Origin: Minutocellus sp. GHC0000111 | Lineage: Eukaryota | DNA length: 64,000 nt | Reading direction: 5' to 3' | Assembly (NCBI GenBank): GCA_977018835.1 | Contig: OZ361259.1 | Location: 2,418,001-2,482,000, forward strand | In this document: piece after piece, positions 1 to 11,444 of the stretch | How the letters are laid out: every line of letters begins with the position of its first letter | How positions within the stretch are numbered: position 1 is the stretch's first letter | Position numbers and translations under genes: made by a program | The notes under the pieces: model-generated | Database searches by the model: none | What the model saw: only the letters and a program-made list of their open reading frames with translations | Told to the model about the DNA's origin: nothing

Positions 1-1203
1 TATCGCAGGGAGGTCTCAGCCCGGCACGGTGGCGCTTGCTTTCACATTTTTCGGAAGCCCTCGAGTCTCAGCGAGAGCTTGGCTTTGAGCAGTCCGATAT
101 CGATGATCTGCGACGGCTCATAGCCGAGACCAATGTGACTCTCCTGGGAATTACAATGCTAGCGTCGACACTCCATTTGCTGTTTGAGTTCCTTACATTC
201 AAGAGTGATATTGATTTTTGGAAAGGGAACAAGGAGTGAGTGATAGTTTCTTTATGATGCCTTCATTTTTTTGCATATTTCACCCAATGAATACATATTC
301 ATGATTCTTACCATCTAATCTTCTATACCAAAATCTCTCACATTCAATTACAGCTTGACGGGACTCTCAGTGAGAGCTTTGTTCATGGACTTTATCAGCC
401 AACTTATCATTCTGTTGTATCTCATCGAGATGGACAGCTCCTTGTTGATGACAATTCCAACTGCGTTTGGGGTCCTTATCGCATTATGGAAATGTCAAAG
501 AGGGTCCGGTCTCAAATTTGTCAAGGTTGCAGGAACAGACAAAGTTGATGAGGTAGCATTTTACAATCGACTTTTCCGGTTGCTTGGGTATGAGCTCCAG
601 GCGACGAGATTGAAGGTCGTTAGCATGAAGACTGATGATGACAAGAAGGGCAAGGCTTCAAATGGCGCAGGGAAAACATCCGACAAAGTGGATTTAGTCG
701 CCTTGTCGATTGAAACAGATGCCTTGGCAACTCGGACGCTCGGCAAATATGTGCTTCTACCCATTGTCTTTGGTTACACCATCCACTCGTTGATTATGGA
801 GCAACATCCTTCCTGGTACACTTGGTTTATAGTTTCAGCAAGTAGTGCCGTTTACGCTCTCGGATTCGTCATGATGACACCACAACTGTTCTTGAATTAC
901 AAGCTGAAACGTGTTGCACATTTTCCGTGGCGGGTCCTTGGTTTCCGATTCATCAATACGTTCATTGACGATCTCTTTGCCTTCATCATTCGTATGCCCA
1001 CTATGGCAAGGATTAGCTGTTTCCGTGATGACATCGTTTTCATCATCTACCTATGGCAACGGTGGTTATATCCTGTGGACACCAGTCGGCCTGTTGAAGG
1101 TGGAGGTATCGATGCATTGTCTACGGCCGCTGCAACAGAAGCAATCGGTGACGACGATGCCAATACTACCGAAAATGACGCGAAGAAGAAGAAGAATCAA
1201 TAA
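1..1203 (+). CDS. CLPTM1: CLPTM1-like multi-pass membrane protein, 3' part (5' end outside window); intron 236-353
   Basis: Motifs ETNxxLLGIT..LHLLFEFLTFKSDIDFW, MTPQLFLNYKLK.VAH.PW, NTFIDDLFAFIIRMP..ARISCFRDDIVFIIYLWQRWLYPVD. A GTGAGT donor at 236 and CAG acceptor ending at 353 join the two ORFs in frame (KGNK-D-LTGLSVR). Confidence 0.92.
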
Positions 1204-1262
1204 TAAATTAGCTACACGTAGTCTTTTAGTGGATCTACAATTCGTACGTCGCGATGCTGCAA

Positions 1263-2549
1263 CTAATTCACCATGCTACCAAGATTCTTGGCCAGTAGCC
1301 ATGCAATTATACTTTTGATCAATAAACCGGGAAGAAAAGGCAGGGCTCCGCGGCGCAACGCTTGAGTTATCGTCATGGAAGGATCCGATGAAACCACGAT
1401 AAGCCACAAAACGCCAAGAAGTAGCGTGCAGCTCTGGCCAACAGCAGCAGCCAGGATCGGATGAAGTAAATTTTCAATGCACAGTGCACCCGATGCAATT
1501 GCGCAAGGCACAAGGCCCATTACATAGCCAAACGAATGGATATTCGTTCTTGCATGAATATTGTATATGGCCCACAGCGAGGCGTAGAGTATTGCTCCCT
1601 GACATCCAATGCCAGGGCCCAATGCCATTCCACCAAAACAGGCCGCTAAAGTGTGAAGTGTGATTGGTACTTCTGAAACTGAAACTGGTAACCGCAGCCT
1701 TATTTCCCCTCCAATATGTATGATGGCCGATACAAAGACCAAGGGTGCAACATTTGTCTTCCGGCCATCAAATGGAAATTGTTGCCATAATAAAATTGCC
1801 AAGATGACCACTGCAACATTCATTCGGCGGACCAATATTTCCATACGCTTATTTCTTGCACAAAACTTGGCCAAGTTCAAATTACTGCCGTCTTGTGAAG
1901 CCAGTAGGCTTGCTAGCTCGATCCCATCTTGAAGAGCAATGTCTGCACCGCATTTGATCCGTCGGCTACCAAGATCAAATCTATCCTGGCACCATCGACC
2001 ATCGCCAAGGAGAGCAATATTGCTATGACTTGTGAGAGTCCTTCCACTTCCACTGCATTTGCGTATGCACGAAATGACACCATCAGCACCCGCAACAACA
2101 TCAAAAGGCCCTCGTCGTATTTCTGTTCCCTTGTCCTTTCGACCGGCATTTCTTCGCCTTTGAGTGCCATGAACAAATAATCCTTCGCCTTCCTTGTCGT
2201 TACGTATTCCGGTAACACGGTGACCATAATAGATGTCCTTGGAAACTGCACTTCTCATGGAACTTTGCAACCCTTCTTGGGGAATGTAATTTGGTCGTCC
2301 CGTCTTGGACCCCCTTGTGAGATTTTCCCACACATCAGACATGCCTAATCGGCGCATAGATTCCTTCCCGTTCGGAAGGAAGAGGTCCCCAACAACGTAG
2401 GATGTTCCCCCATCGTCGTCATCATCTCCCGACCGAGATTCAAAGATTGCAATTGATTCAAAGCCACGTTGCTTCAAAGCGATTGCCAACGAAAGGCCTG
2501 CAAAACCAGCACCAACAATTGCCACTGATGACTTCGTTGGCGCATTCAT
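1263..2549 (-). CDS. FAD-binding (monooxygenase-like) domain fused to a C-terminal BioY-like membrane domain
   Basis: N-terminal VAIVGAGFAGLSLA Rossmann motif, DVVAGADG and LLGD motifs. C-terminal VPITLHTLA..FGGMALG..G...Y...FGYVMG...LLGVLWL...GALPFLPG.LIK resembles BioY. Confidence 0.75.
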   Translation of the reverse strand: MNAPTKSSVAIVGAGFAGLSLAIALKQRGFESIAIFESRSGDDDDDGGTSYVVGDLFLPNGKESMRRLGMSDVWENLTRGSKTGRPNYIPQEGLQSSMRSAVSKDIYYGHRVTGIRNDKEGEGLFVHGTQRRRNAGRKDKGTEIRRGPFDVVAGADGVISCIRKCSGSGRTLTSHSNIALLGDGRWCQDRFDLGSRRIKCGADIALQDGIELASLLASQDGSNLNLAKFCARNKRMEILVRRMNVAVVILAILLWQQFPFDGRKTNVAPLVFVSAIIHIGGEIRLRLPVSVSEVPITLHTLAACFGGMALGPGIGCQGAILYASLWAIYNIHARTNIHSFGYVMGLVPCAIASGALCIENLLHPILAAAVGQSCTLLLGVLWLIVVSSDPSMTITQALRRGALPFLPGLLIKSIIAWLLAKNLGSMVN

Positions 2550-3264
2550 TGTCGGCCCAAGTAGACTAAAGATGCCTACTCGAACCCCGGATGACCGCCA
2601 GCCAGAGGAACGAGCAGGCGGCAGTTACTCTAGACTAGCTACGTAGTACGAGTAGGCCTACTACTAGCTACTCGTAGTAGTAGAGAGTTGGCGAGTTGCA
2701 AGTTGCAAAAACGAACAGCAGCAATGCGGTAGCGTCTGGCCGTCCATCGGTATATGAGGTCTGGCCGCCACCCGTCCGTAGCTTGCGGAGACTGCCATTA
2801 TCACTACAACAGATTGCCTCAAACCACTGCATAAATTGCTCATACAAAGAAAATCGCACAAAGACAGTGCCCAACCAAATGATTTCAAATGCATTCGACG
2901 GGACCAACTAAAATCCGTCACTCGTGTGAGTACTTTTGTACCAAAACTCTACGAACGGTACACGAGAATCAACTTTTTGGCTGGAAAAAAAAGGATTTCA
3001 ATCAAAAATCGAAGAACCAACAAAAAATTCGGTAACCGAGGAAACTCTAGTTACAAGGTTGTTCGGTGAAAATCATGGTTTACCAACACTTAGAGTGATT
3101 TAGATAAACGGGACCAAAAAGAATTTTGGTCCGAGCCGGCATCGCCGGGACGATTCTGCTGTAGTGTCGACCAAGGAACGGTGGTGGCGCGTATTGCCCT
3201 CTGAAATTGAACGAGAGATAGGCAGCAGAAGCACAAATACACTCATAATTTCGGTAAAAGCATA

Positions 3265-3708
3265 ATGTCGAATGCCCGAGTAACGCTGTTCGAGGATATT
3301 TTCGAGGTCACGACCCTCAACCCCGACCGAAAGACATTCGATCGGGTGAACCGAATTGCCGCCACCGGTACCACCTTCGAGTGCGACCTTCTCCTCGATA
3401 TCAACTGCGAAATTTACAGCCTCAAGGAGGGGGAGAAGGTGACACTCGTTCTGGCATCGACTCTCAATCTCGATGGTACCCCTGACGATCACTTCTCATA
3501 CGCCCCCAATGCCGGCGAGCCGACTCTCGCTGACAACTACCATTACGTGATGCACGGCCGGGTTTTCGACATCACATACAAGGGAGATGGGATGGTGGTC
3601 ATCGCCGCCAGCTTTGGGGGTTTGCTAATGAGGTTGACGGGAGACCAACGGCACCTGAGCAGCGTCCAGCCAGACATGAGGTTGTACATTCTGATCAAGA
3701 AGGATTAA
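3265..3708 (+). CDS. RPB8: RNA polymerases I/II/III shared subunit RPB8 (RPABC3)
   Basis: LFEDIFEV..NPD.K.FDRVNRI, LLLDINCEIY, LADNYHYVMHGRVF, SFGGLLMRL motifs; 147 aa. Confidence 0.96.
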   Translation: MSNARVTLFEDIFEVTTLNPDRKTFDRVNRIAATGTTFECDLLLDINCEIYSLKEGEKVTLVLASTLNLDGTPDDHFSYAPNAGEPTLADNYHYVMHGRVFDITYKGDGMVVIAASFGGLLMRLTGDQRHLSSVQPDMRLYILIKKD

Positions 3709-3872
3709 TTGAGACACATCCGTGTTGCCGCCAATGGAGTCGGCCACTCTTACAGTAGTGTTTGGAGACTTGGAGACTGCAACAGGCAATGAAAAATTCA
3801 TGTATGGCACGAGCTCATTAACGGTAGACTACTTTTTACTTGAAGAATATATATTGACTATCGAGCAGCATA

Positions 3873-4745
3873 CTACTTATTCTTATTCAAACCGCCGAAG
3901 GAATAGTCAATGTCAAGAAACATCGAGTAGAGTTCGTGTATCTTTTCATCTGTAAGGGAAGCAGCTTGCACGGAATCTCTTTGAGAGCACAACTCATACC
4001 ATTTCAAGAGTTTTGGAAACTTATCCGCTGGGATCTCATATTGCTTGAATTGTCGAAGCGAAACCACCAAGCGCAACATGAATGGCAATACGTGGACATA
4101 TGCCAGAGTAAAGTGCTCACCCATGAGAAATGGCCCACCAGTCTTTTCCAGCTGCTCCTCGTACACCAGCAATGCTTTCTCCAGATCTGCACTCAGTTTC
4201 CCATCCTTATCTTCATCCTTGTTCATGAAGAAGGTGAATTGGGCCGGGGTCAGGACTGTATCACAGTGATCATTCAACAATCTTACTTCGGCCCTGGAAA
4301 TAGCATCGGTTGGCATCAAAGTTGTGCCTGGCTGAGTATCGCAGCAGTACTCACAAATGATGGCACTCTCATAGACAACTGCATTGTTCTCAGTGGGAAT
4401 CTTGATGGCTGGGACCTTTCCACGTGGATTTATCTTCAGATACCAATCGGGCTTTGGCCTTCCCGATACCTCTTGCGTTTCAAAGGGAATGCTCAACTCC
4501 TTCAGGACGATGTATGCTCGAGAAGCGTAAGGGCACGTGTTCCCCGGAGTGGTGAAGAATTGGAGAGGTGTGGATGGATCGATGCCGACGGTGGAGTCAT
4601 ATCCACCTCTAAGGTCAGTTCCTTGGCGGTTGGACGCTGAGTATCTCGAAGGAGCAAAGGCAGAAACGGCAGCTGGAGTTTGGATGACGCAAGTGTATGC
4701 AACAGCAGCCACAATAAGCGACGACGAAAACCCGAAGCTAAACAT
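3873..4745 (-). CDS. Glutathione S-transferase (Cys-type, omega/lambda-like), probably plastid-targeted
   Basis: CPYA active-site motif, KINPRGKVP and VYESAIICEY motifs; signal peptide ending VSA-FAP (diatom ASAFAP-type). Confidence 0.88.
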   Translation of the reverse strand: MFSFGFSSSLIVAAVAYTCVIQTPAAVSAFAPSRYSASNRQGTDLRGGYDSTVGIDPSTPLQFFTTPGNTCPYASRAYIVLKELSIPFETQEVSGRPKPDWYLKINPRGKVPAIKIPTENNAVVYESAIICEYCCDTQPGTTLMPTDAISRAEVRLLNDHCDTVLTPAQFTFFMNKDEDKDGKLSADLEKALLVYEEQLEKTGGPFLMGEHFTLAYVHVLPFMLRLVVSLRQFKQYEIPADKFPKLLKWYELCSQRDSVQAASLTDEKIHELYSMFLDIDYSFGGLNKNK

Positions 4746-5106
4746 TTCGGATCGACGCGAAGAACACGTACACTCAGAGAGCCCCCAGTGCTATCAGCAT
4801 GCAGAGAGACGAAGCAAGCAAAGGCGCAGAGGCAGGTCAACTACGTAGCTACGAGTAGAGCAGAGGAGAGGTCAACCTATTCTGTGCGTGGGAAGACGGA
4901 CAGACGTGGCGCATTGCGCGCGCCAGAGCGCCACAACGCAACGCAACGAACGCTGCCGCTGCTACTGCTGCCTGCAACCTGCAACGCAATCGAAAATGAA
5001 GTCGATCGAAGCCCAACAAGGGCAGTAGCTGATCGAGGAGAAGATTCATACAACAAAGGATGGATGATATCGTTATCAAAAGCATTACCAGCAGTGTGGA
5101 CGAAAG

Positions 5107-6308
5107 ATGAACGGCAACAATACTGGAATGGATGGCGCTGCCGATCCACCCCATCCCCCGCCTGCCTCCTTTCTGCCTTGCCGTCGTCTCAACGGAGTGT
5201 CAATCTACAATCCATCGACGGGGAAAACGGAAGTAGCCGAACGACCCCATCGTTTTGAAGGATGTAGACGATATTGGTAAACTTGATATCAAGGCATCAT
5301 CGCCCTCGAACAAGTGCGCCAAATCGGCTTCACCATCAGATGTAAAGACAAATGCGACCGGCCAGAGAGCATACTGGTTGCGCCGTACTCTTCGAGAGGG
5401 CAAGTTTGGTCGAATCCGATATGCGATTGCCCTCCAAAGACGCACTGAGGAAATTAATGGCCAAAGCAATGTCGTCGATTGGGAATTGACCGACATTAAG
5501 GTTGCTGTGAAGAAATACAGTCGCGGAGCTAAGGTCAAAAGTCGCTGATGATCCCATCAAAGGAATCGCCGCTCGACAGTACATGGCCTGCCGCAATGCT
5601 CCGGCCGGCGAATCGTTTCAAGAGAGAGTCAAAAGGGCAGTCAATTGTATGATCAGGTCCCATGTCGTCACACCCATCGATGTTTGGGTAGATCATCTTC
5701 ACATCTATCAAGTTATGCCCTATTGCGGTGCTGAGTTGTTTGAGGTGATATCTCTAAAGGAGCATCGGTTCACAGAGGCACAAGCCAGGCATTGGATGGG
5801 CCACATTCTCAACGCATTGGACTTTCTTCATAACAAGGTTGGCAATGTCCACCGCGATATCCGGCCAGAAAATATATTGCTGCACGAAGAGAGTGACAGC
5901 TTGGTTTTGATTGACTTTGGTTTGTGCCTCCTTTTGCCACAAAATGAAGTGAGAGGCCAACTCATCAAGCCTCAGGGAATTTGTGGGACGCTGCCATTCG
6001 TAGCACCAGAAATAGCAGCAAACGAGGCGTTCGATGGAAGGGCCGTGGACTTGTTCCAGGCCGGCGTTGTCCTATTTGTTATGGTGACGGGATTCCCTCC
6101 CTTCAGTCGACCTGACACCAAGGATGTGCGTTTCAATCTGATCAATTCGGGAAATCTTGATCGAATGTTGAGATCTCATAACCTTGGCCTCTCCGTAGAG
6201 CTTTTGGATCTACTCCAGAACATGCTGCGATTGAATGCATCGGATCGTCTCACGTTCGAAGAAGTTGCGCAGCATCCATGGATGACAATGATGGCAGAGT
6301 ACATGTAG
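5107..6308 (+). CDS. Ser/Thr protein kinase (CAMK-like) with apparent frameshifts near ~5250 and ~5540
   Basis: EGKFGRI and VAVKK lie in ORF 5255-5548; HRDIRPEN, DFG, GTLPFVAPE and D.FQAGV lie in ORF 5583-6308 in a different frame. Start at 5107 is inferred. Confidence 0.8.
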
Positions 6309-6544
6309 ATTTGATAACAAACAAGAAAAAATTTGCGACATTCGTATCTGGTGCCTGTACTTCCTCGACTTCTGAGCTGGCAATTTGCTCAATTGCTCAT
6401 GCCCTCCATGGCGGCGGAAGTGAATGAAGGCGGCGGAAGGCACGCCATTTTACCACGCCCTCGCTCAGTGCAGTAGACCCGATGCCACGTGATCGTGAAC
6501 GGATCCGGCCAAGGCCCGGCCAACGGCCGGCATGTGCATTGCCG

Positions 6545-7747
6545 ATGCCTCGGTGGTCTCCCAGCCACCTCATCCTCGTTGCTACCACGACCATCGCTGC
6601 CCTGCTGTGCTGTGATAATGCAGCAGCATTCACGAGATTTCCAGATGCGTTTCGATTCATGTCGCTGGACAATTTATTTCTGCAACATTCCCCCTTCTTA
6701 CAAAACCACAACATATGCCAGCATCCGAGACGCAGGTCATTCCTCGAAATGGGAAAAGGCGATGGGAAGAAGGAGCGCAAGAAGAAATCAGCAGCGGCAC
6801 CAAAGACAGCGGACACCACTGCGTCAGCTCCTGCCGCAATACCCATGAGGGTAACGAGCGATAGCAACATATCGGTCAAAAGACAGATCAAATGGGCGCG
6901 AATGAAGAAGGAGCAGAGCCAGGTCGGCCAAAGTTTTCGGCAGCAAAAGAAGGTACGGACGAAATACAGGCGTACCTGGGATGAGGACGAGATCGAGGAA
7001 AAGCGCATTGAAAGGTCGCAGCGCGGAAAGGAGCCCGATTGGGACGTGATATTGAATCAGACGGCATCTTCGCCGCTGTTTATTGTGGATGGGTACAATG
7101 TTATACACAATTGGCCGAGGCTCAAGAAATGGATGACCAAGGGTCAGCTCCATCGAGCTCGAGATACGTTGGTGCACGATCTTGAAGAATTACGAAGGAT
7201 CAAGGGATGGAGGATAGAGTGTGTTTTTGATGGCGCAGGCAAGGCAAGCGATCCAGGACCGCTGGGTTCTGGACCGGGGAGCAGCGAGTACAACGAAAAC
7301 AAGATCAGAGGAAGCAAGACAGAAAATACCAAGGCTGTGACGAGTCACGGCGTTAGAGTGGTCTATACAGGAGCTGGCGCAAGTGCTGATTCCTACATTG
7401 AACACCGATGTTTCGATGCGAAAAAGGTAACTGGCGGCGAGATGACTGGATCGCTCATTGTGGCCAGCAACGATGGCATGATTCGACTCGCTGGTACAAA
7501 CGCAGGTGCCCTCTGTATGAGTTCAGAACGACTAGTCGATGAATTGAAAGCCACTCGGGCCTCCATCTTGCATCGAGTAGAAGTTGCGGTCGCCGAGGCC
7601 AATGGCCAAGGAGTAAGGCCCTCAGGATTGCAGGGAACCGCGGCGCGGGGCCGATTTCAGAACAAAATGATGATTGTGGACAAGCGGAAGAAAAAGAAAA
7701 AGACTGAAGATGATGACGAAGATGATCAAGATGAAATTGATGGCTAA
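6545..7747 (+). CDS. NYN/YacP(Rae1)-like ribonuclease-domain protein, likely plastid-targeted
   Basis: FIVDGYNVI, CVFDG, SADSYIE and IVASNDG PIN/NYN motifs; hydrophobic N-terminus ending AAA-F. Confidence 0.85.
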   Translation: MPRWSPSHLILVATTTIAALLCCDNAAAFTRFPDAFRFMSLDNLFLQHSPFLQNHNICQHPRRRSFLEMGKGDGKKERKKKSAAAPKTADTTASAPAAIPMRVTSDSNISVKRQIKWARMKKEQSQVGQSFRQQKKVRTKYRRTWDEDEIEEKRIERSQRGKEPDWDVILNQTASSPLFIVDGYNVIHNWPRLKKWMTKGQLHRARDTLVHDLEELRRIKGWRIECVFDGAGKASDPGPLGSGPGSSEYNENKIRGSKTENTKAVTSHGVRVVYTGAGASADSYIEHRCFDAKKVTGGEMTGSLIVASNDGMIRLAGTNAGALCMSSERLVDELKATRASILHRVEVAVAEANGQGVRPSGLQGTAARGRFQNKMMIVDKRKKKKKTEDDDEDDQDEIDG

Positions 7748-7768
7748 CAAAAATAATATCAACAATAT

Positions 7769-9601
7769 CTATAATTCTTGAATTAGAGGCTTTCTCGTCG
7801 CTACTTCAGTCTCTTTTTCGCTTGATAGGCGCCCTTCATTTCCATCTGAAATAGCTGCACTTTCTATCTGCAAAAGCTCGGACGACACCTTCGGTACCGG
7901 TTTGTTTGAATTTCCCTCTTCACCATCGCTCGAATCCGAGTCGCTATCATCGCTGCTGCTACTGCAGTCATCGTCACTGCTCGAGTCGTCGGACGAAGAT
8001 TCGCTCTCAGATCTATCCTCTTGCAATTCCTCGTTCTCATGCAACGTCTTTTCAATTCCAATTAAATTCAGGCCAATCCGATCCTTCCATACTGATGAAT
8101 TACTCTGCATATCCTTTCCAAGTTTTTCCATCCCTCCGGCAAACTCAGATAATACACTTTCTTCTATCGATTGAATCCAGAAAATGATAGGATCAATGTA
8201 CAATTTGTTGAGAAGGTAGTGCCCCGTACTATTCTCAAATATCTTCCTCAGTTGGAGCAGACATCTCAGCACAACCCGCCGTCCACCCTGAAGGATCGAA
8301 ATAGCGTCGCCAGCAATTTTGGCACCGAGATTGTAGCTCCGAAGATAGGGGTACACCAAAGAACGACGAATGCACCAAAGCAATACATCAGCAGGAGTGT
8401 CAGTAGAAATGGCTGATTCTGTAACATCGGCAGCTCCTGCTGCATTGTAGGCATCAAACCAACTCAAAGTAGGACTGAGGATGGCAACTGTCCAACTGGA
8501 TTCGACTGTTGGATCGCCTCCAGTTGTTCTGTGATCATACGCGTACGCAAACAAAATGTCCAGCAAACATAGTAGCGTTGATTGTATCTGATTTCGGCTC
8601 ATCGAGGCAAAGTCAACCGGTGGCATGTGCGTTGCCGGTACCGAGGCGAGTAATTGCATCTCATCTTCCGTCAGCTGTGGGGATTGACTAGCAGCAGTTT
8701 TATCGATGGAAAGAGATCCAAGTTCACTGGCAATACTCTCGACAGATGCTGCTGTCTTTTCTGGGTTTGTTGATTTCGTCCAGTGTGGTTCCATGTGCAC
8801 TGCTTCGTCAAAAACCATGTCGCCTCCACATCCATCATCCTCGTAATGAGGGTCGGAAGCATCCTCCTCTCCAAGAATTGCATCATCCAAATATCGCCCT
8901 GGATCGAACTTATCGGCTTCAATATCCAGCCTCATACTTCTCCTATCACACTCTAGCGTGGCATCTGGTTCGGGCAGTTCCAGCATCTCATGGCATAAAC
9001 CCTCCCGCGCCAGATCAGTGAATACCGAGTGATACAATTGAAGAAAGCCGTAACGTTGGGCGGTCAAGTTGAGTAGAGCAGATGTCGCGTTTTCCGGGGC
9101 AATCGTACATGTAGCAGGATTGGCACTACTGGTAGTAGCGGTCGCTGTGTTATCATCTTCGGTGGCAATGAAATTTTCGATTGGCGCATCTTCTGATGAC
9201 AAAACCTCAATTGCTGGGCGGCCACTTGTATGAGTACCACTACTACTATTGGTGCCATCCGCATTCGCCCTAGAGTGAGTATTCATCATGAGCCGCCCGA
9301 CCAAGTCCAACCCATCCCACTGCCCCACGTCCTCCTGTGCCTTGTATATGGTTACCGTCACGGTTCCGTTGTCTCGAGACGGATCATATGTTGCCTTGGC
9401 TTCTCTGCCAGACTCGGCATCATCGACCAACCGTCCCGGTAGAGTCAGTCGGAGCAGATAGGGCGGACTGTAAAAATGAATGGCATCGTCATCGATCACC
9501 ACCTCCAGAGTCGACGCCGAAACTCGCACGTGAGGCGTTCGAATGGTCACCGTTAGGATTTCGTCAGTCTGCGACAATACGAAGCGTGGCGTTATGGGCA
9601 T
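7769..9601 (-). CDS. SHQ1: SHQ1 H/ACA snoRNP assembly factor
   Basis: MPITPRF.LSQ CS domain, YGF, LLDILFAYAYDHR.T.GD.TVESSW...LSPTLSW, RRSLVYPYLR, YLLNKLYI. Confidence 0.92.
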   Translation of the reverse strand: MPITPRFVLSQTDEILTVTIRTPHVRVSASTLEVVIDDDAIHFYSPPYLLRLTLPGRLVDDAESGREAKATYDPSRDNGTVTVTIYKAQEDVGQWDGLDLVGRLMMNTHSRANADGTNSSSGTHTSGRPAIEVLSSEDAPIENFIATEDDNTATATTSSANPATCTIAPENATSALLNLTAQRYGFLQLYHSVFTDLAREGLCHEMLELPEPDATLECDRRSMRLDIEADKFDPGRYLDDAILGEEDASDPHYEDDGCGGDMVFDEAVHMEPHWTKSTNPEKTAASVESIASELGSLSIDKTAASQSPQLTEDEMQLLASVPATHMPPVDFASMSRNQIQSTLLCLLDILFAYAYDHRTTGGDPTVESSWTVAILSPTLSWFDAYNAAGAADVTESAISTDTPADVLLWCIRRSLVYPYLRSYNLGAKIAGDAISILQGGRRVVLRCLLQLRKIFENSTGHYLLNKLYIDPIIFWIQSIEESVLSEFAGGMEKLGKDMQSNSSVWKDRIGLNLIGIEKTLHENEELQEDRSESESSSDDSSSDDDCSSSSDDSDSDSSDGEEGNSNKPVPKVSSELLQIESAAISDGNEGRLSSEKETEVATRKPLIQEL

Positions 9602-10109
9602 GATGGCGCATATAGTCGAAGGACCAAAGATACGAGTATGAATCGAATCCAACGCGTCTTCTATGTTGACGGGCGGGCAGGAGGGGGTGGTGGCCCGGGC
9701 AACCACGAAAAAGACGGTCGATGGACGGACTTCGCGTCGTCGTATCAGAATAGAAGCCCCTTTCGCCGACTACGACGGAGACCCTACCAACCAACCCAGC
9801 CAACACCAAATACTTCAAACGATCCCCCGATCGATCTGGCCCTGATACCGGTGCCATATCTTTTCGACGCCACGTCGATCGGAAGAGTCCTTGGACCAGG
9901 AGCATCAGCTCGCCTCGGATGCCAATTTGCAGATGGAAAAGTAAGCACATACAACATTTTCAGAGTTTCTTCGTGACGTCTTGTATGGCATTTTAAGAAC
10001 TTTGGACAGATGGTTGCCGGACATCCTCGCCGAAATCCCGCTGCCGAGCAGCCCGTCGCTGATGAGATGGAGCTCTCGACCCCCGCTCCCTCACCGCTTG
10101 CGCCTTTAG

Positions 10110-11444
10110 ATGGCAATGCATACCCGAGTTCACCGAATGGCAAAGGTGTTCTCTCTCCCGCAGCTTGCTCTGGCTCTTCGAGCTTATCTGGCGTCGCCAT
10201 TAGCCCGCAGTCCTCCGCCACTGTCAATGGAGAATGTGCGTGCGACATCAACATTCGATCCAACCTACCCACCAAGCGTCAACACTCCCGAGCTGTGCCG
10301 CCACCATGCGGAACTGGGCGATCCCAATGCCGTCGAGCACAGGAGCATCAGAGCAGCGATCGCACCCCCCGTCCACGAGATTTCCTACATGCCCTACAAA
10401 TGCGGTCACAGAACCTGCAGGGCACCGGCCGAATCGATGTCAAAGACACTTGCGGCAACGCCGCTTACAGTGAAGACCCGGACTTTCCGAGTAGCGCGAG
10501 ATGCTCGAAAGGTCCACCCCTTGGACACAAACTGGACACTGTCGTGTGGACAGCATGAGGACAGGGCACATCGACGCAGACACACATTTGTGCCAGGAGA
10601 CCTGGGAGAGCGGCGACTGCGTAACAACCAGGAGCGGTGTAAGAACATTCCACCATGGCACCCCCAAAGAACTTCACCTGGGTGCTCGTGGTCGGGCAGG
10701 CGTGTGTGTCATGCTCGGGCCGAGAGCGGTTCAAGCGTGGGAGAGAGCAGGAATGCCAGATGCCTTCGGCAGACAGGTGTCAGCTGGAGGGGCAAGAGTG
10801 ATCGGCCTCCCACTGCATTGCCGAGATCATCTAGACATGCTGGCACGAGTCGTTGTTTGCAGTGCCTCCGTCCCGAAGGCGGCACCCGCCATGCCTTGCG
10901 TGACACCCGCGTGGCAGCCCTCCAATCAGCACACCCCAACATGGCTAGTGACGGCAGGTTCTCCGACTACAACTTCCACCGCGACATGCATGTGCTCAAG
11001 GACGATGGCATCCCCTTCAAACAGAAGATTGACCACCTGAAGCGTGTGCCACCCCCAAGCCCACCCAAACCTTTCGACAAACAACGCCCCGTCCACAAGA
11101 TGCACCCCGTCCAACTCCAAGTGCTGTCTCTCAACCCCCAGCACCCCAACCTCGCCGCCGACAACAAACAACGCCTCGAACGAGCCAACAGCACACCACC
11201 AGTCGACATCCCAAGCATCGAAGAGTGGAGGGCATCCAAAGCCCGGAAACGAAAACGCTCTCCTGCCTCTCCGCCCCAGTGTCCGCCTCCACCACCACCA
11301 CCACCACCACCACCACCACCCGTCCAATCCCCGCCAACATCTCCATCAGATGGCGGCATGTCACCTCCAACTTCGTCGTCTTCACACCACCACCACCACC
11401 AATCCGGCTTGCGGACCAGGCGTGCGAATCCCAAGCATCTTTGA
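10110..11444 (+). other. Uncharacterised Cys/His-rich ORF, strongly TpA-depleted; possible TE-derived relic
   Basis: 444-aa ORF with no recognisable family; about 5 TA dinucleotides by eye in 10501-11460; (CCA)n run near 11290. Confidence 0.35.
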
